From: a bacterium
GTDB lineage: Bacteria; CLD3; SB21
Assembly (NCBI GenBank): GCA_013360215.1
Contig: JABWCP010000027.1
Location: 1 to 43,137 of the forward strand
Length of the DNA stretch: 43,137 nucleotides
Reading direction: 5' to 3'
In this document: piece by piece, positions 9,001-14,101 of the stretch
How the letters are laid out: each line of letters opens with the position of its first letter
How positions within the stretch are numbered: the first letter of the stretch is position 1
Translations under genes and position numbers: made by a program
The notes under the pieces: generated by a model
Database searches by the model: none
What the model was told of the DNA's origin: nothing
Seen by the model: only the letters and a program-made list of their open reading frames with translations

Positions 9001-11682
9001 GAGGCGTATCGAAACATAATCACTCAAATCTGCCGTCGCGATGTCCATATCCCCATCCCCGTCAAAATCCGCCGCATAGACTGAAGATGGACCACTCCCA
9101 ACATATACAGTGGTACTTCCGGAAAAATTACCGGCGCCGTCATTCAGGCGTATCGAAACACTATTTGAACCACTATTGGCCGCAGCGATGTCCATGTCCC
9201 CGTCGCCGTCAAAATCTGCGGCATACACTGATTGTGGATTTGTTTCCACCACGATATCGGTCGTCCCTGAAAAGTTCCCTGACCCGTCATTTAGGCGTAT
9301 CGAAACATCATTTGAGCTGAAGTTAGCCGTCGCGATATCTATGTCTCCGTCGCCGTCAAGATCTGCCGCATAAACTGAATACGGTACCGACCCAGACGGA
9401 ACATCAGTGGTCCCCGAAAAATTACCCGCACCATCATTCATTCGAATGGATACCGTACTCGAACCTGTGTTTGCCACCGCTATGTCCATGTCGCCGTCGC
9501 CATCAAAATCCGCCACATAGACGGATTGTGGTCCTGTGCCAACCCCGACATTCGTGCTTCCGGAAAAATTTCCAGCGCCGTCATTCAGGCGTATCGAAAC
9601 ACTATTTGAACTTGGATTTGCTGTCGCGACGTCCACGTCCCCATCGCCGTCAAAATCTGCGGCATACACTGAAAATGCGCCTGACGCAACCGCGACATCG
9701 GTGCTTCCCGAAAAATTACCTGCTCCGTCATTCAGGCGTATCGAAACATTACTTGAACCCCCGTTTGCCGTCGCGATATCCATATCCCCATCCCCGTCAA
9801 AGTCCGCCGCATAGACGGATCGTGGATTGGTCCCTACCCCGAAGTTGCTAGCTACCTGCGGGAATGTTGCCGGCGCAATATCAGATGCAACTGTGAATTG
9901 CGTGACGTACGTTTTCAGAGTATCCGTATCCGTGGCCCTGATACCGCTTGTCAGAATAACCGAAACGGCTTCACCGGGTTTGAAATCAACATCCGGATTG
10001 ATCGTCACCGTTAAGCCGCTGGGTGTGTATGAAGCAGAATGAAGTCCGCTCTGTGAACCGTATACTTTCATATTCGAAGCTGTCAATGTACCAACATTGA
10101 CGACTTGTGAGAAAGTCACTGTGATGCCGCTGTTTGAACTGATGTTTCGTGCGTTCTGTCCCGGCACCGTGGAGGCCACCGTGAAATACGGATTGTTGAC
10201 GCCAAGATCGCCCTGCGAAGTCATCAATTGGGCATAAACGTCATAATTTCCGCTCCTCTGATCCGACCAAATAACGATCGCATTCCCGGAGCCGTCGTGT
10301 ACCATCGTATGCCAGAATTGATAACCGTTTGCAGAACAAACAACATTGCCGTTTGGCGACCAAAGAATATTTCCGGATCCGTCTATACGCTGGGCAAAAA
10401 TGTCTGCGTCGATGGCGGGGGTCGCATACCATGAAACAAATATCCCGCCTGCGCCGTCGGATGTGATAACGGCTTCATCGGGAGAACCGTTCGTGCTGGC
10501 GGCCACACCATTGGCCGGCCACAGAGCGACGCCGGAAGAGTTAAGTCTTTGCGCATAGATCCCCGCGCCGGCGCTTCGGGTGTCATACCATCCTATAAAT
10601 ACTCCGCCTGATCCGTCCGCTACAAGACTTGGGATCTGTTGAAATCCGTCCGCAACAGCAACGGCAACGCCGTTTACGCCCCACTGCAGAGCGCCTGCGC
10701 TGCTTACACGCTGGGCAAAGAGATCGAAATCTCCATTACGCGTATCCCGCCATGCGATAAAGGCTCCACCTGATCCGTCGGCGACAATTGAAGGGTAGTC
10801 TTGATAACTTGCAAAGGTACTGATAGCTTCACCGTCAACCGTCCATTGCGTGACACCGACATTGTTGATCCTTTGTGCATAGATCCGATTATCCGTGCCG
10901 TTTCGAAAATCATGCCATGTGATGATCGCGCCGCCCGAGCCGTCGTCGGTTATCCCGCCAATGGTTTGGTTGTCAGTTGCGACGCAAATGGAAACGCCAT
11001 CGACCGTCCATTGAGGAACCCCAGTCGCGTTGACCTTTTGTACATATATATCTGTTGCACCGCCCCTATTGTCGTTCCATGCAATTACGGCTCCGCCCGA
11101 GCCGTCGGCGGCAATTCGTGCATCCGTTTGATTGCCGCTCGCGCCGGTTATCTGCACTCCGTTCGCCGTCCAAAGTACAGTTCCGCTTGCATCGATCCGT
11201 TGCGCATATATGTCGTAATTAGCACCGCCGTTCCGGTTATCCGTCCACGTTATAATGGCACCGCCGTTGTTATCGGTTACGATCTTCGGACTTGACTGCC
11301 CGCTGGTCGCATTACTGATGACCACGCCGTCAACTGTCCAGAGAGGCGCGCCGGTTGCGTTCAATCGTTGGGCGTAGATATCGGGATTGGCGCCGCCGCG
11401 GTAATCTTCCCATACAATGAAAACCCCGCCGCTGCCGTCTGGAATAGCCTGAGGGTATCTTTGATCCCCAAATGTCGTAGATACGGGATTACTAACTGTT
11501 GGATTCGTTGACCATTGGGCCGACACACTTCCGATGCCGGTAAGACCCATGACCGCTGCGGCCATGGTTATTTTGACTAACACGCGTGCAAGTTTCATCC
11601 TCGAAACGTGGAAACGGAATAGATTTGGAATATCATGGCGAATTGATAAAACCAATTCATAAAGTCGTGGCAATCCGTTCAT
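1..11682 (-). CDS. Giant secreted multi-domain surface protein/adhesin (>=3894 aa, C-terminus beyond left edge): signal peptide, DIYAQR-repeat propeller, 4x(Big_5 Ig + FG-GAP/VCBS propeller), FnIII, LamG, CSLREA-like/right-handed beta-helix modules
   Basis: ATG at 11682 with GGAG 7 nt upstream; translates MNGLPRLYELVLSIRHDIPNLFRFHVSRMKLARVLVKITMAAAVMGLTGIGSVSAQWSTNP (alternative start 11598). The same frame at positions 1-90 reads NTNDAGAGSLRDAVTYAESHSGADTIR. The track lists no minus-strand ORF in this frame, consistent with no stop. Motifs read by hand: DGSGG..W.D.R..DIYAQR x8; DFDGDGD.D repeats; LNWSAAPGATLYRIY (FnIII); WTHVAVV..FEGQIDEMRIWNRGLT (LamG); N.IGT/NIISGN (beta-helix). Confidence 0.9.
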   Translation of the reverse strand, partial: MNGLPRLYELVLSIRHDIPNLFRFHVSRMKLARVLVKITMAAAVMGLTGIGSVSAQWSTNPTVSNPVSTTFGDQRYPQAIPDGSGGVFIVWEDYRGGANPDIYAQRLNATGAPLWTVDGVVISNATSGQSSPKIVTDNNGGAIITWTDNRNGGANYDIYAQRIDASGTVLWTANGVQITGASGNQTDARIAADGSGGAVIAWNDNRGGATDIYVQKVNATGVPQWTVDGVSICVATDNQTIGGITDDGSGGAIITWHDFRNGTDNRIYAQRINNVGVTQWTVDGEAISTFASYQDYPSIVADGSGGAFIAWRDTRNGDFDLFAQRVSSAGALQWGVNGVAVAVADGFQQIPSLVADGSGGVFIGWYDTRSAGAGIYAQRLNSSGVALWPANGVAASTNGSPDEAVITSDGAGGIFVSWYATPAIDADIFAQRIDGSGNILWSPNGNVVCSANGYQFWHTMVHDGSGNAIVIWSDQRSGNYDVYAQLMTSQGDLGVNNPYFTVASTVPGQNARNISSNSGITVTFSQVVNVGTLTASNMKVYGSQSGLHSASYTPSGLTVTINPDVDFKPGEAVSVILTSGIRATDTDTLKTYVTQFTVASDIAPATFPQVASNFGVGTNPRSVYAADFDGDGDMDIATANGGSSNVSIRLNDGAGNFSGSTDVAVASGAFSVYAADFDGDGDVDVATANPSSNSVSIRLNDGAGNFSGSTNVGVGTGPQSVYVADFDGDGDMDIAVANTGSSTVSIRMNDGAGNFSGTTDVPSGSVPYSVYAADLDGDGDIDIATANFSSNDVSIRLNDGSGNFSGTTDIVVETNPQSVYAADFDGDGDMDIAAANSGSNSVSIRLNDGAGNFSGSTTVYVGSGPSSVYAADFDGDGDMDIATADLSDYVSIRLNDGAGNFSGTTDVAVGWSPLSVYAADFDGDGDMDLATANSVSNDVSILINAPGYFNVTSVTPLQNQGNVGISSNIFVNFPQDINVATLNNATIKIRGSHSGLHTANYFYEASLSIDPDTDFKFGEVVTVTLTDGIIATNTDTLNPYSWQFTVGAFPATGTFTTLPGATVGSTPFGVSLADLDGDGDLDMAAANDVDGTVSIRFNDGTGNFSGSTDLSSGTNSRAVTAADIDNDGDLDLLIASSGFVASYINNGLGSFSGPNNFAIGGNGQSVFAADFDGDGDVDFVTANSGSNNVSIRLNDGAGNFSGTTDVAVGNLAVGVTGGDVDSDGDIDLLASNYNDNTVSILLNDGAAGFSSGGTSSVSFGPVMVRLADLDADTDLDLVTANEGGSDISVRLNDGTGVFSGGSDISGLVSPRSVFLGDLDGDGDVDIAAGNTGGATTVSIRINDGSANFSGSYNAFVGPGPAWSIDGGDVDNDGDIDIIRVDGSVSGNTTVLKNNNYIVPTSVIPIPNTVGINPTANIVVEYPEDMSSFDAKVFGSLSGYMNTSLFYDNVLYTLTIDPTANFKPGEVVTVIMSGASNVAVSGNILRNIQFQFTAAPSFAAASYSLPASNLAAGTNPGGVATADFNLDGTIDIVATNVSPSEVTIILNDGIGGILSSYTVPVGTNPYGPHVADLDNDGDMDIVTADAGGNTVTTLLNDGAGNFSGPSVAVGSGPYAVQSADIDGDGDLDLVVANANSNNVSVLINDGAANFTGGATVSVQTTPYDITTGDFDSDGDMDFATANVGANSISVRLNDGAGNFPIASDPAVGTNPQGIQAADLDGDGDIDILTANVGSNDASVVLNDGSGNFFGGQTPTVGLFPYSLVASDLDGDGDVDFATADWNANTVSVRYNDGAANFSGSTAISVGSQPYDIAAADLDGDGSIDLITPNAGSNDVSIAFNDAILPSPSGLYAVAQNGQVELNWSAAPGATLYRIYHDVNPNPMVQTDSSVGTNKTITGLVNGTLYYFRIKAINATDESGYSNEDAAVPVAGAGQALSLEGIDDEAAIFTSYQNLGVDPSSVTISGWVKPNGTSPSISTIYEGQGIILDAGGYLGLTRGDYTGQDRIWAYLWDGSQIFVGIPYTNDVWTHVAVVLRNGQLYAYKNGVVVDSVVSGNVQNITSGSIGVGVNPYNSLHFEGQIDEMRIWNRGLTDAEMASVQASPSRGDEAGLLANWHFDEGAGSTTFDATPNSRNLTLFNGPTYVLSGAMAPPLSIVSTTPSANGLSIPANSNIIVNFTSDILTDSLNSRNILIRGAQSGDHTFTYGYGAQTANIDPNTDFIPGELVTVTLTRGILAISSDTLKPYSWQFYVQTNLATGFFSAGDTVVVGTFPKAIAAADFNNDGSLDMAVVNQSTNDVSIAINDGSGGFTVLSNVAVGSLPYEIASADFDGDGDVDIAVANNSSSDISLRSNDGSGNFGVLANISTGVAQLTVAAGDFDGDGDVDIISTESGTELRVRFNDGTGTVFSLGGVINLQNNPYFITVADFDNDGDLDLAASNYSSGTFSIRYNDGTGIFSGGGDFTTNGIQPRAIRAADFNGDGLMDIAFCNENSGNVGIRLNDGVGGFSGNEIGVGSLPQSITLGDFEGDGDMDVAAVNYGSTNVQTIVNDGAGNFVAGSSYGTGNGGVILSSGNFSGTATMEIAAADNTANVIYVLKNAVILPTTTLVTSKGDGGSGSLRDAIDYANSHAGPDTIIFNVSVDSVLLASQLPDITDDSLFINGDYNTDNIPDVVIDGINNGINEAFVRVAANDITIKGLTIIRFVQGSEAALTISNAARRAKILYNYIGTDGTALYSNVNNIDILAPAGGGQHEIRGNVISARGYGIFFYGSSNDLDSTKIVDNKIGTNAAGSAPLTYAPSHLSGIYIQNGRGLKIHSNIISGWSGAGALAINFGYTGFSYYAKEVEIFDNKIGTDFSGTAAIPNERGIYFDAGSNANFIGKPGLGNIISGNTGNGIEIWSDSNVIEDNFIGVDISGNAPLANVGMGIQLQNASVNTIGNGNTISGNANHGIFIFSNGGLADENTIINNNIGVGADGVTPVGNNQMGVRIYSLLGARRNLLLDNAIAFNNFHGIEMDGSASADSMIAHGNRIYSNNLGGMNYVAGSNGSITPPMISFMSMDSVVHGTSDPNAFVQIYVDSTNQGRLRIGTGVADGAGNFAVPVTLLGGEAPFLTALQSSVGRTSGFSIPDSLTFSDPLLITSVLDDGSFGTLRNAINFANSNAGLDTIRFDASVSGQTIYVASELPHLTDNGTVIDGDINGNGIADDIFISGGSTLDFGLYIASSYNTIKHLGILEFLTGASGIDIDSGRYNLIIGNYLYANNIGVHLINGAKGNKIGDGTISGRNIIIASNSGSGQAPGIVIEHTGTDSNVVAGNWIGTLDGVTTSANSHGVVISSGAKYNRIGDPLSSEYNVISGNMNSGVLIQSDSNIVARNLIGTDSSGTLAMGNQDYGIHILNAVGNMIGDGTPAGRNIISNNSSNVLNGAGIMVENSSGTSILGNFVGTDITGLAAMPNWSGGGAGSGVTLDNSSYNVVGDGTDAGRNVFGNNGSGADFPVQIYIQNNSNYNLVAGNYVGTDSTGTISLGTGNGIGVYGSVNNQIGLNAGAAANVIAGNSGNGIILNDADSTMVFQNFVGVDRTGAVALPNNIGIVIENGTQYALIGNNTGSGGNIVSGNFNQGIRIQDVGTDSNLIIGNLIGTDLSGSTAIPNGNDGIQIDGGSANQVGEIGSGNVISGNSGNGIAIIGNTGISAYNVVLHNLIGVAIDSVTALGNAGNGVFIAGISTFAHNNEITRNRIAYNTNFGITADQTGFQVDSDHFFANEIYSNGGGGISLVAGAHQNVWAPVITSVDFDSTVSGYSGKNALIQIYADSADQGRIYLDSVYADASGNWSIKVPPIPGMYYTAIQDSFFHSSAFSAPVLAIAVDPLLVINTNDAGAGSLRDAVTYAESHSGADTIR
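3900..9850 (-). repeat. Four blocks of seven FG-GAP/VCBS-type Ca-binding coding repeats (~48 aa each), each block preceded by a Big_5 Ig-like domain
   Basis: Blocks at ~8850-9850, ~7500-8520, ~6160-7170, ~3900-4930 with D(F/L)DGDGD(M/V/L/I)D..TAN....VSIRLNDGAGNFSG; the last blade of block 4 is degenerate. Big_5-like segments such as VASTVPGQNARNI..ITVTFS..INPDVDFKPGEAVSVILTSGI. Confidence 0.85.
10200..11520 (-). repeat. ~8 coding repeats of ~54 aa (DGSGGAIIxWxDxR...DIYAQR), predicted N-terminal beta-propeller of the giant protein
   Basis: DIYAQRLNA, DIYAQRIDA, DIYVQKVNA, RIYAQRINN, DLFAQRVSS, GIYAQRLNS, DIFAQRIDG, DVYAQLMTS spaced ~160-170 nt apart. Confidence 0.8.
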
Positions 11683-11735
11683 GGATGAACTCCGATATAA
11701 TGAAAGAATGGAATATGCGAGCTAATACTTAATTA

Positions 11736-11753
11736 TGTCAAAATCAATGTCAA
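11736..11753 (-). promoter_or_regulatory. Tandem TTGACA boxes (12-bp period) upstream of the giant gene; candidate promoter or regulator site
   Basis: Minus strand reads TTGACAttgattTTGACAtaatt, ~55-70 nt upstream of the ATG; only weak -10 matches. Confidence 0.35.
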
Positions 11754-11774
11754 CATTTCTACCGTGAAAAAACG

Positions 11775-12539
11775 CTAAAAAATATGTACTCCTTTGATGC
11801 GGCGCACTGCGGCAATCCCAGTTCCGGTCGCATGGTAAAACAGAGGCTCCAAAAAATGAGAAGAATGAAATGTAAAAGCTTGGGAACAACACATATCATC
11901 AGGGACGGGATATTGGCAGGCCATGGAAACTTCATTCCAGTGCAATGGCTCTTGAATTTTCGTAATCACCTCGAATGAAGCGGACGAAGCTGGAACCGTG
12001 GATATGCCAAAACGACATGATGCTTCGATACACTGCGTATAAATAACCTGATCAAATGTATCGTGCCATTCATCCGTCCATGCGATAATCACACCGCCAA
12101 AAATTTCCTCGCCCATGGCCGGGAAGGTTTGCTGGCCCGCAACCGAAGTGATTGCATCACGATTGCTCATCACCAGAACTGATCCCGAGCCGTCACTCCG
12201 TCGGGCACATATGTGCTCCGGCAATGATCTCTCGTCATTGCAGACAATATTAGCGTTGCAATTTTCGCCGATGCTAATTCTATTGGTAAATCGGCCTTTC
12301 GATACCGTATAGATAGCCGCGTCATCGGTCGCACTTGATACAACACCTGACATGTTTATCAGTTGTGCAAAAATCGTATTGCTTCCGATCATGAGCATCG
12401 CAACTACAACACGGCCTATCTTACAAAAGACCTTTGCGGGTGATTGCCGATAAGGTAATTGGTTGTCAAAAAGAAATGCGTTTTGCGATGGGTTGGAAAG
12501 ACCGATCGAGCGTAAATACGAGATCACGGATATCTCCAT
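11775..12539 (-). pseudogene. Highly diverged paralog of the giant protein's N-terminal signal peptide and DIYAQR propeller; open frame, possibly decaying
   Basis: Signal-like KIGRVVVAMLMIGSNTIFAQ; NIVCNDERSLPEHICARRSDGSG and GGVIIAWTDEWHDTFDQVIYTQCIEAS resemble GGAIITWTDNR..DIYAQRIDASG, with key residues replaced (many Cys). Confidence 0.5.
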
Positions 12540-12778
12540 AGATGTGGATATTATATAACCGTTTCTCTAATCGCGCAGACTATAAAAACGCAATATACAA
12601 AACGCACGAAGCGTGTATATCGAAAGAAACGTCAAATTTCGTTTTTGCAGGCTGAGAACAGCGCCCGCTCATGGGATTGTAAAGGACGTATTTTCCTCAA
12701 AACACGTCCGCGTGAGAATACAAAACTCTATTTGATATGCTGTGACTCATTATCACAACATCAAAAAACTGTAGGACT

Positions 12779-12807
12779 AAATTACCGCAAAGGGCGCGCA
12801 GTGTCAA
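12779..12807 (-). promoter_or_regulatory. Sigma70-like promoter TTGACA-17-TAATTT; the -35 box lies inside an inverted repeat (GCAAAGGGC 12787-12795 / GCCCTTTGC 12808-12816)
   Basis: Minus strand GGCAAAGGGC-TTGACA-ctgcgcgccctttgcgg-TAATTT. Confidence 0.55.
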
Positions 12808-12850
12808 GCCCTTTGCCGATCCATGAATATGGGATCGCAAAACTTCTTTT

Positions 12851-14086
12851 TTACTGCGGCGTTGGGAAGTCCGGGGGACCACCTCCGAGCGGACCGGACG
12901 AACTGCCTCCGCCGCCGCCAACCAAACTCAGCAGCAGTAACACGGCCAATGCACCGCCTGCGATTCCGCCGGCTATTAATAGCGGACGACGGGAACGCTT
13001 GATTTCGCGGGCTTTGATATCAGCTTGTTTGGCTTCCATTTCTTCCGTCAGATAACTGTGCGGGATCACCGTCGTGTATCCCGACGCGATAGTCACACTG
13101 TCATCCGCAGGCAATGTACTGCCGGCACAGAATGCCTCCGCAGCGGCGCGGTATGTTTTACTGAAATCGGCGGAAGTATCTTTAGCCACGCCTGTCAAGC
13201 GTCGAATTACGTTGACCGACGGTTCATATCCGGGGAAATAGTGAAGACTGGCACAAGCGTATTGAAGTGCCATCGTTTTATAATGCTCTTCTTTTTTTAT
13301 TTGATACAGCGTTTCGCACACATCGGCCAAATGGTAATACGGGCTGAAAATGTCTATCGCTTCCGTACGGTAGCTGATCGCGCGTATCAGTTGATTATAA
13401 GCTACGGTATCTTTGTGCTGCACATTAAAGATATTCCCAAGGCTTTTGTAGGATTCATACAAATCGGTGTACGTCTTTTTTCCTTTTTCCATCATACGCA
13501 TGCCTTCGCTGAAACGATCAGCCAAATCCGGATTCCCCATCGTCAGAAATCCGACGCGATAATCGGACGTAGAAAAATCTTTATGTTTCGTTATGGCTTT
13601 TTCATAAATCGCTTTCACGCCATCGTAGTTTTGACGCTTGGCTTCAAGCATCATCAGTTCGGAATACGCCGGTAAGAACCACGGATCTTTTTCATAGATT
13701 TCACGGAGCACGGCTTCACCGAGTTCCGGACCACTTTTTGTAAAATAATACGTATCCCCCTTGGGCGTTTTTTCCGCAAACGTCACGCTGTCCAATTTGA
13801 GATACAACTGTGCCAATTTGTATTTTACCGCCACGACACCGGGATTATGCGTAATGATATCTTCAAAAATAACCCGTGCGTTTTCGTATTGCCCTTTGCG
13901 CACCAGGTACTCCGCGGCATCATATTTATCGGCATCGGAAAGCTGCGTGTAGCTGGATCCTCCGAGCGCAATGATCAGTTCCGGATTATCCTGAAGCATG
14001 GAAGTGCGCGTCGTACCGCAGGAAATCAGCCCTGACATCGTCGTCAGAGCCGCCATCAACATCGTGTAAAAATTTTTACGCATCAT
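12851..14086 (-). CDS. TPR-repeat lipoprotein with C-terminal transmembrane helix and Gly/Pro tail
   Basis: Lipobox GLISC; TPR-like helices (AEYLVRKGQYENARVIFEDII..P; YKSLGNIF); C-terminus RRPLLIAGGIAGGALAVLLLLSLVGGGGGSSSGPLGGGPPDFPTPQ. Confidence 0.8.
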   Translation of the reverse strand: MMRKNFYTMLMAALTTMSGLISCGTTRTSMLQDNPELIIALGGSSYTQLSDADKYDAAEYLVRKGQYENARVIFEDIITHNPGVVAVKYKLAQLYLKLDSVTFAEKTPKGDTYYFTKSGPELGEAVLREIYEKDPWFLPAYSELMMLEAKRQNYDGVKAIYEKAITKHKDFSTSDYRVGFLTMGNPDLADRFSEGMRMMEKGKKTYTDLYESYKSLGNIFNVQHKDTVAYNQLIRAISYRTEAIDIFSPYYHLADVCETLYQIKKEEHYKTMALQYACASLHYFPGYEPSVNVIRRLTGVAKDTSADFSKTYRAAAEAFCAGSTLPADDSVTIASGYTTVIPHSYLTEEMEAKQADIKAREIKRSRRPLLIAGGIAGGALAVLLLLSLVGGGGGSSSGPLGGGPPDFPTPQ

Positions 14087-14101
14087 ACGATTGCTATATC
14101 C

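Noticed and set aside
195-11295. Dozens of short ORFs, including repeated 'SPSPSKSAA' plus-strand ORFs
   Set aside because: Antisense or alternate-frame shadows of the giant gene; SPSPSKS is the reverse complement of DFDGDGD.
11775-12539. Diversity-generating retroelement template/variable repeat pair with the giant gene
   Set aside because: No reverse transcriptase in the window and no near-identical, adenine-specific DNA repeat pair seen; similarity is visible only at degenerate protein level.
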